Below, one piece after another: positions 39,875 to 53,000 of a stretch of DNA of 64,000 nt. Position numbers and translations under genes: made by a program. Positions within the stretch are counted from its first letter, which is position 1, and the number at the start of each line of letters is the position of its first letter. The notes beneath the pieces are model-generated. The model searched no databases. It saw only the letters and a program-made list of their open reading frames with translations, and had not been told where the DNA came from. Source of the DNA: Octopus sinensis (Eukaryota); the NCBI RefSeq assembly GCF_006345805.1, contig NC_043012.1:43028001-43092000 (forward strand), read 5' to 3'.

Positions 39875-41800
39875 TCGTATAAAATCTAAGAAATTCCCTC
39901 CCAAGATCAAAGGCTTGGAAGATTTCGAAGCGGACCTACTGAAGCTTATGAATAAAATAAAATTTCGTAAGTCTTTTAACAATTTCCAACAGAAACTGAA
40001 AAAAGATATAAATTACATAAAAGGCCCCCCCCCGGGCACTTTTTTCCGACAAAGAACTTGTAACTGGTAGAAAACAGCAAATATTCATAACTCTTACACA
40101 ACAACATCATTAATAATTACACCAAGGTTAGGCCACAGACCTATAACGAAATTAACAAGGAAGCTAGCGTTATCACCGCTAGACTTAAATTAGATTAAAA
40201 AAATAGAGGTTCTTCCCCAAAAAGAGGCCTTTATTACAATTAAAGACCACAAAGAGAACTTCCTTTCCAACCCTAAATGTAGGCTTATCAACCCAGCTGA
40301 GTCAGAACTTGGCATTATTAGTACAGAAATTTTAGATAAAATAAATGCGAAAATTAAGACTGCCACTAGGCTAGTACAATGGTCCAATAGTATAGAAGTC
40401 GTCGACTGGTTTAAAGCCATTGAGAATAAGTAAAAAGCGAGGTTTACACAATTCGATATTGTCGATTTTTATACCTCTATCTCTAAAGAACTGCTAGATA
40501 AAGCCCTCACCTTCGCCAGCGATTTCATAGAAATCAGTACACAGGATAAAGATATAATCTTCCATGCTAGAAAGACTTTACTTTTCAGCGAGAACGCAGA
40601 GTGGGTCAAAAATACCGACACAGAGGGTGCTTTCGATGTGAGCATGGGGTCATATGATGGATCAGGCATATGCGATCTTATTGGATTATTTCTACTCCAT
40701 ACGTTGGGTAAGACATTTCCTGACGTATATTTCGCCATCTACAAAGGTGATGCCCTCGCTTTAACCGCTAATACAAATGGACCAGCATAGGATCGATTTA
40801 GGAAGGATATTATCCATTTAATGAAAAACTTCGGACTTAGTATAACTATAGATACCAACCTGACGGTTGTCACATTCCTGGACGTATCCTTAGATCTAAA
40901 TAAGAACACTTATAAGCCTTATAAGAAGCCCAATGATAGACTTAGTTATATTAATGTAGGTTCATGCCATCCCCCTATAGTATTTAAAAATTTAGTTAAA
41001 AACATTAGCAAGAGAATTTCTAGCCTCTCCTCCGATAGGGACATTTTTAATAGCGTTGCCCCAGTATATAATAAGGCTCTAAAAGATAGTGGTTTTAGCG
41101 AAGAAATAACCTATACACCTATCACTAGCTCAACAATGAAGAAGAGGAGAAATAGAAATAGGAAGATCATCTGGTTTAAACCTCCCTACTCACCCGAGGT
41201 GACCTTCAATATAGGCAAATATTTCTTAGGACTGATAGATAGACATTTTTCAGTCAACCATACTTACAGGAAGCTCTTCAATAAACACAACTTAAAAATT
41301 AGTTTCAGCTCAACTACCAATTTAAAAAATATAATCGCACATAACACACAAAAGCCACAATACGAAAACAGCTGTTCATGCAGAGATAAAAAAAATTGTG
41401 CCCGCTAAATGGAGCTTGCATGTCCGAGACCATCATCTACAAAGCTACCGTGGACTCTATACCCACTAAAGACACGGTTTCGACGAAGAAATACGTGGGC
41501 CTTACAGAGGGTAATTTCAAGGCTAGGTTCAATAATCACACCTTGAGCTTTAAGCACTGGGACAAAAGGAAAACGACAAAATTATCCAGTCATATATGGT
41601 CATTAAAAGATAAAGGTGTCAGTTACAACATCCATTGGAAGATTTTAGCCAAATGTAAGCCCTGCACCAACGGCAGCGGAAACTGCGGTCTATGCGACAT
41701 GGAAAGATGGCTCATCTGGTAAAGCAGCTTAGACCCCGCTACATGTCTAAACTCAAGGATAGAACTTTTCGGATCATGTCCACATGTGACCAAATTTTTG
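39875..41800 (+). pseudogene. PLE ORF (RT plus C-terminal GIY-YIG), disrupted
   Basis: FITIKDHKENFLSNPKCRLINP, QFDIVDFY, FDVSMGSYDG, FLDVSLDL, and KYVGLTEGNFKARFNNH...LSSHIWSLK. Confidence 0.92.
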
Positions 41801-42702
41801 CTACGTTTTTGGTCCCCCCAAGACTACAGATAGAACTTGCTTTCTATATTATATTCACGCACAATTTTTTTTTATCTCATTATACCTTTTACTTTTATTT
41901 TATTTATATATTTTTAATACATATATTATAGAAAATTTGGTTTATAGATATATATTTTTTACATATAATTTTTTCTGTACTCAACCTTCCACCCTGCATT
42001 TTACCTTATGCCTATATAGACGTGTATATGGAATCCTTTGTATGCGCGTGTGGATGTGTACGTGTGTGGAGGTATGTATGTATGTATATAGATGTGTGCG
42101 TGTGTGCGGACATACGAGTACATATATATATATAGACGTATTTTACTTAGCGTTTTTACAACTTTTCCTTTTTTTAGACGTATGTATAATCCTTTTTGTG
42201 CGTGCGTATGTGTGTATGCGTATATAGACGTGTGCGGGTACGTGCATATATGGGCGTGTGTGTGTGTGTGCGTGAATAAGGGTTATGTCCGTATATGAAC
42301 GTGGTTTACACTTTGTATACTTCCTTATGCCTTTTTTCTGTATAGTTACCCGTAACCCTGTTTTTTCTGGTGCTTGTGCGTATGTAGACGTATGTATGAA
42401 CTTTTATGGTGCGCGCGTGTGTGTGGGTTTGTATGTATATGCATATACATTTGGCGAAAGATGCGAGTGAAGATGTGTACGTTTTTCTAGTGAGGGTAGA
42501 TGAATGTATGCAGACGCACGTGGGTGTACGGGCGCACATGTGTACGTATGAACAAGCGCGCTTACGCGTATACTATGAACTTTTTACCCCCTTACCTTAA
42601 TTAGTGGTCATTCGAATAGCGCTTTTGTCTAAATAGCCGTCAATAACATAGTATTTTCCCTTTGTATAATGGTCTTTTTTCATAGCGTTTTTCCGATGGC
42701 CG

Positions 42703-42763
42703 GATAACCGAAGAGATGGTGGTGTGGATTTCCACCTCGGCATCCGAAACTCAGAGTTTTATC
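42703..42763 (+). ncRNA. type I hammerhead-like motif, U4C core with extended stem II
   Basis: GATAA CCGAAGA GATG-GTGG...CCAC...CATC C GAAA CTCAGAG TT/ TTATC. Confidence 0.6.
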
Positions 42764-42802
42764 TTGGCTACCGAATATTTGTCACATATTACATTTACAG
42801 AT

Positions 42803-43549
42803 ATACATAGATATAAGAGGGAATTTTTTAACCACTATGTGGAAACCCTTATGCTAGAAGAAGATCCGCTATGGTCTTCACCACTAAGATTTGTTCTCCA
42901 GAAAAATTTAGCACACCAGAAACGTAAGCGAGCAAGACAAATGAAAAGTAACGAAAATATAGATTAATCATAAACAATTGTTTCACTATCAACAAATTAC
43001 GTAATTTTACTTACACAATTTATCTGTAGATCGTCAGTATGATCGTCTATGCAGAATATAATCCGCAGAACTTTACTCCAGATATCAACACGAGGTCAAA
43101 AATGCATGTAGTTCTACCTATTACATTTGCGGTTATTTTCAAGTCTTCGTTTAGGCGCGCTAAATTACCGGAAATAAAAACTGCATAAATAATTCACTGC
43201 AGTAGTTTTCGCCAGTTTGAGAACGTATCAATTTAAAATTAAAATCAAAATGAGGGTGAAAAATTGGATATTAATTTGATATCCTCAATTTTAACACCAG
43301 TGGTCTAGCATATAAAAAACTGAGATTCAGTAAATAGTATTTCATACATAAATATTAGAGGGAATTTTTTTAACCACTATGTGGAAACCCTTATGCAAGA
43401 AGAAGATCCGCTATGGTCTTCACCACTAAGAATTGTTCTCCAGAAAAATTTAGCACACCAGAAACGTAAGCGAGCAAGACAAATGAAAAGTAACGAAAAT
43501 ATAGATTAATCATAAACAATTGTTTCACTATCAATAAATTACGTAATTT
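42803..43549. repeat. about 205-bp direct repeats (42803-43007 and 43344-43549) around a 336-bp spacer
   Basis: Near-identical copies with period 541. Confidence 0.9.
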
Positions 43550-43559
43550 ATCGTAAATA

Positions 43560-43645
43560 TCATACTCTACTCTTCCAAATTAAGTACCATAATAGCTAAA
43601 TTAAATAGAAAAAATATTAAACTAGCCAGAAATATTGGAAATAAC

Positions 43646-43700
<55 letters not shown>

Positions 43701-44400
43701 GTAATAATAATAATAATATTAATATAACCAATAATAATAATAATATCAATAATATCAATGATAACATTAATAATGAGAATGGTGAGAAAAATTAGAAACA
43801 AATTAGCCAAAACCATAACTTAATATAATTATAGATAAGGGGAATACTATTAATGTTAATAATGGTTTTAATAATAACAATAAAAACAACTTGTTCCCAA
43901 ATAATACTAATATAAAAAATCATCCCTCCCAGTTGTAATTGTAGAACCAGGTCTCACTGTCCGGTATCTGGTCGGTGTCTGGTCCAAAACGTAGTTTATA
44001 AATGTACAGTAATGACTTCAAATAATAGCTTTATTTATTTCGGTTGTACTATAGACCTTAAGAAGTGTATAAACAATCATTATTCAAGTTTTAGACTTAA
44101 ACAAAAGGCAGGTTGCACAACGCAATCTAATAAAATTTGGGAGTTAAAAGGAAATAATATTAGATTTAGTCTTAAATGGGACATAGTAAGAAAGGTACAG
44201 CCTTATAAAAATAGTAGAGATGGATGTGAGCTTTGCTCTATGGAGATATATGAAATTTTGAAACATAGGGATAATGTAAACTTATTAAATAACCGTTTTG
44301 AACTAGGAGTATCGTGCATACCTTGTACTACCTGTACCTTTAAATATTTTAAAGAATAGCATTCTTGTTATTCCTAAATTTTAAATATTAATGCTTTTTA
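43560..44400 (+). mobile_element. PLE 3' ORF fragment (GIY-YIG)
   Basis: CNCRTRSHCPVSGRCLVQNVVYKC...YFGCTIDLKKCINNHYSSF...KIWELK. Confidence 0.85.
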
Positions 44401-45823
44401 AAATCCAATAAGGAAATAATATACCCCACTATTTTTTATTTAATCAACAATAGGTATTAAGAAATTTAGTAACATAAGCAAATTGAATAAAGTTGAATAA
44501 AATTGTTTAAAAAATTTCTATAATTATTAAATACATTCTATATATCTAATGAAATTATTAAGTTGTATACCTAATCCACAATAAGTTTTAAAGAACTGGT
44601 CATTTCCATATCTATTTCTGCAGGAATTCTACTCCCCCTAATTCTTTTTTTAATATTATAAATATTACCTCTAACTAGCCTAAATTATTATACCCCATAA
44701 AACCACACTTCACTCTTTAATACTAAATTTAAATATTCCAAATTTTAGGAACTTACATCTTGGTTGCCTCCCTTCCATTATATTTTAAAGTTTTTTTTAT
44801 ATGTGTGCCAATTAATACCTTATTTACTAGGAATATTCTCATTAAAAGTTCTTCTAATTCCCCTTAATTAATATTCAAAACCTGATAAAGAATAGATAAT
44901 AATATCTAGGTTATTTGCTTTTTATTTCTCTAAAACAACCCTACCCTCATGATCTTTGTATGTATTAGAAAGCTTTTAAAATGGATTTTAAATAAAGAAG
45001 ATAACATTTTACAAGTACCAATTAATAAATATAAATTAACATATAAGAAATGATAATAACTTTTTCTTAAATCTATAATAGAACCCAAAATTTTATAAAA
45101 GTCTTATTAATAATATAACTTTTACCCAATAGCTTGATCATTTCTTTACCCGATATTAAACACTAGTCATTCATGACAATTCCCATGATAAGTAAATATT
45201 AATTTTAATCTAGAAATTATAAAATTATAAGAGATTTTCTTATAGCAGCTTACCTCACCTATTAATATAAATAAGCTAGGTATATTCTATAATAAGATTT
45301 TAGAACACAAATCTATTCTACCCCTTATCTATAATATTCTACAACAACTTTATATTTATTTTTCAACTCTCTAAAATGTACCTATTTATTTCAAATTACC
45401 ATTGGGATTATGGCTGTCAAATAGTTAAGTATTATAAGTTTTTACTCTCCCTACCCCATCCGCTTTAGCCGGCTAATTTTGGCTGGAATATATTCTACCG
45501 GACCCAAATGGTTTCTAATTCAAAGGGATCTTGATTTATGACTCTGTCACTTAAACTGTCTTTTTTACTCTATCCATAAAAGATAGATTCTTGTTTTCCA
45601 CTAGACCTGATAAAGTAGTCTTAAACCCTCACCCCCAGTAGTAAATCCAAATAACAAAGTAAATCAATGATAAGCAGTTTCTTCACGAAATAAATATCAG
45701 TTACTACTATGATTTTGTTGATGAAACTTGTTCTCTGTCTACCTACTTACCCTCTTTGTGATTTTGGTTAATGGAATAACTATAAAAATGAATCTTTTAA
45801 ATTTAACTAAATTCTATATTTTT

Positions 45824-45913
45824 ATGCAGCTGAAGATTGCTTTACATTTTAAAACTGATGTAATACTTGCATTGTTCAATTAAATGGAGTCGCATGAAAC
45901 GAACGTACTACAT
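45824..45913 (+). ncRNA. type I hammerhead with canonical core and a large branched stem II
   Basis: ATGCAG CTGAAGA TTGC...(about 50 nt)...GCAT GAAA CGAACG TA/ CTACAT. Confidence 0.6.
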
Positions 45914-46044
45914 TACCTCTGGTTATCCTCGTTGCTTATTTTGATTATAATCACCCCATTTTGAATTATATGGATAATACCATACTAAATTCTGGTGACT
46001 TTAACTTAAGTACCATAGTCTACTGAATCTAAATTTTTACTGAA

Positions 46045-46092
<48 letters not shown>

Positions 46093-46824
46093 ATCATATA
46101 TATATATATATATATATATATCTATATATACATACATATACATATATACAAACACCAGTTGCTGACGTCACGTAACTCTAGACCAATCAAAACCGAACTT
46201 CTGCAAATACAACAAAATGACCCTTTAAGAGGATTAACCAGCCGGAACGACTGATGACCGTTCTTCACAAGGAAGCCAACCAGGTAGAACGACAAACTTG
46301 ACCACCGGAAAAACAAGACGTCACCAGTACTTTAATGAATCAGTAATTAGATCCGCTCGGATTCCAAAACACAGTTACAAACGAAAGTTCCCACACACGA
46401 CGGAATGAAGATCAGAGAAATTGAAACCAAATCCTTATTTTTACTATCTTCACTTCTCCCTTTATTTTCCCTTCTTAACTCAGTACGATTCATTTCTTAT
46501 CGACCACTACTAGCACTAATAAGCTTTGTAAATTCAAACAAATTGATGTACAGTTTTAATAATATTTTCAATATTATAATGTCTTTGATATTATTAAATG
46601 TTCATAAGAACATTTAAACTTGTCAACATCAAAATGTTTGAACATGCTTTTCTAAATTTGTTTGTTATGAACATTTTAATTTGTCAACTTTGAAACCTTT
46701 AAAGATGTTTTTTTAAAATTCATAATTCTAAAAATATTATTGAAACTAGTTTGGTATATATGTAATAAATTTATTTTAAACAATCACAAGTTTTCAAATT
46801 TAGGTGCATTTTCAACAACAAATT

Positions 46825-46899
<75 letters not shown>

Positions 46900-46908
<9 letters not shown>

Positions 46909-48660
46909 GGTAAGGGGTGGAAAAGGAAAACACGAGTTGATATATATGAAAAAACAAGTAAAAAATAGAAAATGCTAAAATAATTTTATAGTGAACATTT
47001 CAGTACCGGTTTCGGTCATTTTGAGACCTTTCAACTGTAACGATTAAATAATTAAATTTAGAAAAATTAGAAGAAAAGTTTTCTTAAAAGAATTTCTATA
47101 GTAGTGTTCAGATTTAAGTGGCATTCTGCCTTCTCTGACTCCCTTGTTTGCACTTGTGTGTTCGAGGTAGTTGTGAGTTCTTGGTAGGGTAGTAGAGGGA
47201 AGGCTGGTGAGGAAAGGGGGGTGGGAGAATCTGGGAGTGCCCTGATGGTCGTATTTTGAATGGTCAGTGGCGGCTGGCAGTCTCAGTTCAATTCAGGAGA
47301 ATATTTAATTGACAGGCTTGTTATAGAATTAGCGTAGGTGTTATACTAAAAAACATTAGTGACAAACTTAAGGGGTAGGGGTGGAGAGAAGAAGAAGAAG
47401 AAGAAGAAGAAGAAGAAGAAGGAGAAGGAGAAGGAGAAGATGATGGTGATGTGGTGATGATTATGACGACGATGATGATGATAACGATGATGATGAAGAA
47501 GAAGAAGGAGGAGAAGGGAAGATGGTGGTGATGATGGTGGCGATGATGATGACGCCGATGATGATGATAACGATGATGATGAAGAAGAAGAAGAAGAAAA
47601 AACAGAGAGGGAGAGATATGAATGGGTTGTAAAATAGCTATGAAGGGGCTGATTAGTAATGGATTCTATGGAGTGTAGTATGTGGTGTGTATATATTTTT
47701 TTTTCTTTATTCTAAAGTTGAGGTATATAATTGTTTGTCGTAGACCCGTTAAGAAGTGGCTTGTATTTGTAATAAAGAGATTTCTTTACTTATCTTTGTC
47801 TCGAGGTTGTATCGTCCCTAAATTGGTAGAGGGGGAAATTCTGAAGTTTGGTGTTTTTTGTTGGCGCAAGTATCTATGTGTGGCTAAAAGCTATTTTTCT
47901 GTTTTGGGGATTTTTATCTGGGATCTGTGCAGGGCCATTCGTTTACGCAACCATTTTTTGTTGGCCTATGTACTGCTCTTGACACCCGGAGCAGGTTAGT
48001 GAGTATTAGGTTCTCCGAAGCACATGTGAAGTTGCTTTTCACTGTAAACCGTTGTCCCTGTTTGAAGGAGAACTCAGAACCCTCGATTAGATAGTCGCAT
48101 ATCCCGCAATTGGGTCTTCCACATTTTTTTTACTGTCGGCTTCTGTGTTGAAGAGTGAATTCGGGCTTGTGTAGGAGACTTTTCATGGATCTAGGCTGTC
48201 TTTGCTTTTTATGATCGTGTGTGTTTGGAGGATTGTGTTCATTCTGTGGTCTTTTTTTAGGAGGGGTATGTTGTGGAGGATAGTGTCGAAGGCTTCGTTA
48301 TTGAGAGGGTTGTGTGTGGAGATGTAAGTTTTTCTTTGATTGGGATGTCTCAGTTCCTTGATGTTAAGTTGAGGGCACGTTGAATGCACTTGTCAATAAG
48401 TGAAGGTGGATAGTTCCTGGTGATTAGGGTATATCTTATAGTTCTGTAGTCGTGTGTCTCTGGTGTTTGCGTTAGAGACTATAGTGCATATCCTTTTTTG
48501 CTAGATTGAGGGGGATATTCATCCTTGTGTGTCTGGGGGGGTGCGCATGAATTGAATGGAAGATATTGCTTAGAGTCTGTAGGCTATAGTAATGTCTGTT
48601 TCTATTATATATTAGCTTTCTTAATGAGGATATCGAGGAAGGGGGAGTTGTTGTTGGCTA
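46900..48660 (-). mobile_element. PLE 3' half (RT thumb, GIY-YIG, microsatellite-rich UTR)
   Basis: Minus frames give PNCGICDYLIEG...FTVKSNFTCASENL...CSGCQEQYIGQ. Confidence 0.8.
46998..47040 (-). ncRNA. hammerhead-like motif, U3/A8-type core that is one base short
   Basis: Minus strand: TTACAG TTGAAA GGTC-TCAAAAT-GACC GAAA CCGG TA/ CTGAAA. Confidence 0.55.
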
Positions 48661-48976
48661 TATTCCATCGTGAATTGGATGTTTACGTCCAGTCCGTTTA
48701 AAATTTCTGGAATTCTATGAGTTTCTATATGGAATTCTATGGATTCTATATATATATTATATATATATATTCAGAAATATTAAATTTCTAAATCTCTCAT
48801 AGAGATATGTACGGTGGGTGGGGCGATAGAATGGTTATATTCTGTCAATCTAACGTGAACGTGACAGTAGGGGGTTACACCACAGCTGTTTAGCCCTAGG
48901 AAGCATCGACGCTTCCTGCTGGCTTCGACACATTTTTCCTGTGTCCTTATATAACATTTATATATTATATATATCT

Positions 48977-49013
<37 letters not shown>

Positions 49014-49139
49014 TTATCTGGAGAACAGGGTAAATTTAACTAACTAGAGTTCATCTACTTTCACTGAAGTACCCGCTAGGATTATATATCTCTATTAACC
49101 ATTTTGACAAAATTTGTTTGATATATGTATATTTCTGAG

Positions 49140-49594
49140 AAGACTATAGTTTCAGGAATATGCACCATTATACAAAGACTCATTACGAAAAAGCGGTTTC
49201 AATGAGGATATCACATACTCTCCTCGTATTGATCTTCAGCATAACCAGAACCAACCATCAATGCTTTCGCCGACGTAAGGTAACATGGTATAACCTTCTA
49301 CAATACTAATATAAAAACCTTCTCTAGAACTTTCTTCTCTTATCGACAACATTACTTCCACATTATCGTTACTCTCTTTACTCTTACTCTTTTACTTGTT
49401 TCAGCCATTTGACTGTGGCCATGCTGGAGCACCGCTTTTAGTCGAGTAAATTGACCCCAGGACTTATTCTTTGTAAGTCTAGTACGTATTCTATCGGTCT
49501 CTTTTGCTGAACCACTAAGTTACACGGACGTAAACACACCAGCATCGGTTGTCAAGCGATGTTGGGGGGACAAACACAGACACACAAACGTATA

Positions 49595-49680
<86 letters not shown>

Positions 49681-50010
49681 TACGACGGGCTTCTTTCAGT
49701 TTCCGTCTACGAAATCCACTCACAAGGCTTTGGTCGTCCCGAGGCTATAGTAGTGGGACTGAACTCGGAACTATGTCATTGGTAAGCAAGCTACTTACCA
49801 CACACCCACTCCTACGCCTTGGAAAATTTCCAAAAGAACACAACACTTTCATTCTCAACCAAATCCACCTTAGAGTAGACTATTACTTTTACAACATTCT
49901 ACAGTTTAACAGACATAGAACATACCTGGATAGCCCTAACAACCCCCAAAATAGAGCCTGTAACATTTTTGAAGCCACAGCTTTCCTCACTTTGTCCCAA
50001 GAAAAATTTT
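49140..50010 (+). mobile_element. PLE fragment interrupted by a SINE and by the gypsy element; endonuclease relic resumes at about 56600-56850
   Basis: LRKSGFNEDITYSP...RRKVTWYN left of the LTR, and KNIVCKC...STTSLYRHI right of the 3' LTR. Confidence 0.55.
49370..49819 (-). mobile_element. tRNA-derived SINE with an internal deletion
   Basis: Reverse complement of the 36216 family, with head AGGCGTAGGAGTGGGTGTGTGGTAAGTAGC. Confidence 0.85.
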
Positions 50011-53000
50011 TGTGGGAGAGTCCTGACCACCCCCACGTGACCAAAAGTGGACCGACGCATTTCAATAAAATAAAATAACTGTGTGAACTGTAGGCAGTTG
50101 ACAGTCTCCGTTTTTCTGTTCCGTTTCATCATTTTTGATCGCTGTTAGACGTGAGTAACATTGTTTATTATTTGTTGAAGGTCTCCCCTCGTGGGTGTAC
50201 CTACGATTGTTGATTGTTGAAATTGCTGTTTTTTACATACGAGTTTGTTGATTTGTGTTTTTGTTCCCATTTAGGGGAGAACCTGAGAAGAGAAGAAAAA
50301 TGGAAATTGAACCAGCAGAAGGCCACAGTTATGCGGCAGCAACTGGCAGAGGAGTGGACTCGGATGCTTTGGAGGTTCGGAGGTTCGCGAAGTAAAAGTA
50401 GAACCGAAGAAGCTAAAAGAGTGCGTAAAGTTACTGGAAAACGAAGGCTATAACCTAAAATTAACGCCACCAGGTGAACTAACAAAGAGTGTAAGAAAGA
50501 GAACAGTGATATACAAAACATTGAAAGTGTCATCCCGAAAAATTGAAATCGAAATTATCGAAGCCATTGAAGAGTGCCTAAAAGAAGTCAAAAAGTTCAT
50601 GTTCATCACAAGAGGAAGAAAGTATGGCACAGTGGAGGTGTGATTCGTGACGGAAGACTCCACTGTAGCCATAAAGACGGAAGAGTGGGTACTTTTGCCA
50701 ACATACTGTGGCAAGCGTGTTGCCAGGATGAGAGTAGGAAAATTGCCATCGGAAATAAACGAAACATGGTTGGTTGCAGCGATAATGTTCAATATGGAAG
50801 AAGACGCAAAACTACTGAGAGTGACGGGAACTTTTAGTTGAATCAATAGGGTTATGGCATAGAGATGGCCATACAAGCAAGTTTAAGTGACCTAAACAAA
50901 ATTGGAGAGGAAATAATTTTACCCGCGGATGTGAGGCTGAGAGTGCTACCTATGTGGAGAGAAAGGCCATATGAAGGCGAGGTGTCCCCAGAAAGAAAAG
51001 GAGGAACAACAGATGAAACAGTCTGAGGAGAGGGTGGACGAAGTGGTACCGGATGATGTGAAAGAGACGGCAATAACAGAGGAAGCATTCACAGTAGTTA
51101 AAAAAACGAAAAAGAAAAAAAAGAGTAATCTCTCCGTCGGAGAGGCAGAAAAAGAAGAAAGAAGTAGATAAGGAAGTTGTGAAGGCAGTTGAGAAGGAGG
51201 TTGAGAAGGTGGTTGAGAAGGAGTTTGAGGAGTAGCTCGAGGAGGAGCTTGAGAAAGGGGAGACAGTAGCAAGGAGAGGAGGAGGAGACAGTAGCAAGTG
51301 GAGGAGGTAGATTTAGGCGGTGTAGAAAGACAACAGCATGAAGGTGAAACAGCGACACTAACGAAAAAGGAGGAGGATAAAGACAGAGAGAAGGCGCCAA
51401 GAGTGGAGCAAAGAAAAAAACAAACAAGCGAGAAAGCCGAAGATGCATAAGTGGAATTTCGTGACATACGCTAAGAGTACAACAACTAAAAGAAAGCTAA
51501 CGAAGTTTAAATTCATAATAAGGGTTAAGTTGCCTACGGAGATTTACTCGGAAAATGTGAAGGCTATTGTAATTGATAAAGATAACAGGTTAAAGGAAAT
51601 GTTTGGAAGGGATATTGATCCACTAGAAGTTTTGGTGGAGTCTGACGAACTGCCGCCAGTTAAGAGAACTGGAACCATTTATGAGATATTAAAAAAAGTA
51701 AGTAAAATTGTTTTTTAAAAAAAAAGAGAGGACAAAAATGATGTTAATGGAAACAAAGCAAAGGACAGGAAAAGATCATAAACTGTGCGTAAAAACATTC
51801 AGATGGTACTGTATAAGAGTGAGGCTCATGCAGCCATTTCATTTTTTCATTATTATTTAACATTTTTCTTATTTTCATTCTTTTTGTGTTTTATGTCCCC
51901 ACTGTGGCTTTCTGTCTGTCCTTGTGCTGTCCCCGCTGTGTAAAAGCTTGAGTGCTTAAATAAAGAAAATAGTCGACAGTCAGTAGATGACAGAGTGGAT
52001 CGTTTATATTGGATTACTGTGTTAGTTTAAGATCGTACTTAGGTTTGGCGTAGTACGGAGTACATTCTGCGTGAACATATTAATTCTGCAAAAGGTTATT
52101 CTAGATAACCATATCTAATATTTATTTGGGTAATATTATTCCTACACCAATCTACACTCCAACGTCATCATAACATTATTGGCGGCGAGGATATTCGAAC
52201 CCAGACTGGATAGATTGTTGGTTGGAACATGGAAGAATTACTGGCTTCAGTAATTGAGTTACAGAAACAGCAGCTACAACAGCAACAACAGTAACAACAG
52301 TAACAATAGCAGTTGGTGGAATTGCAAAAGCAACGGCAACTGTTAATACAACTGCAACTCAATAAAACAGAAAATATATCGAATTCGTTCACTCCTGATA
52401 TGGTCACAAACTCCATCGGTGATTTCACATATAACCCGGATGAGGGTATTACCTTTCCTGCATACTACAGAATGTACGAGGAAACTTTTAAAGATGAGTG
52501 CTTGGATTGGCAAGATTAGGCAAAAACCTGACTTGAGGTTGAGAAATTTGACCCCAGCCAAACACGAAAAATACTGCAACTCTATATTATTGAAGAGACC
52601 GGGGAAGTCTGTTTTAAAGAATCTGTTGAAACCCTTTCAAAGATTTTCAGCGAGAAAAGCTCTTTATTTAATACGCGCTGGTAATGCATGAAAAAAAAGA
52701 GGACGATTTTATTACATACGGTAGAATCGTTAAGAGGGAATGTAGGAAATTTAGAATTAACGAACTAACACCAGACATGTTTAAATGTTTTGTTTTTTGT
52801 TCAGGAAAGACGCAGAAATTCGTAACCGAATTCTGACTAAATTAGAACAGAACAAAAGCTAACATTATAAGAAATATCTGAGGAATGCCAGAGAAAAATA
52901 AACCTAAGGCACGATACGGAACAAATTGAAGTAAGAAACTCCTCCCATATAAAGTCCGTGTGACCGAAAGTAAGAAATGAAAAACAAAAAATTAACTCAC

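Noticed and set aside
44400-45700. Decayed LINE RT on the minus strand
   Set aside because: Only faint motif resemblance in very AT-rich sequence, which is not enough to call.
46245-46320. CTGATGA...GAAA
   Set aside because: No consistent stems could be drawn.
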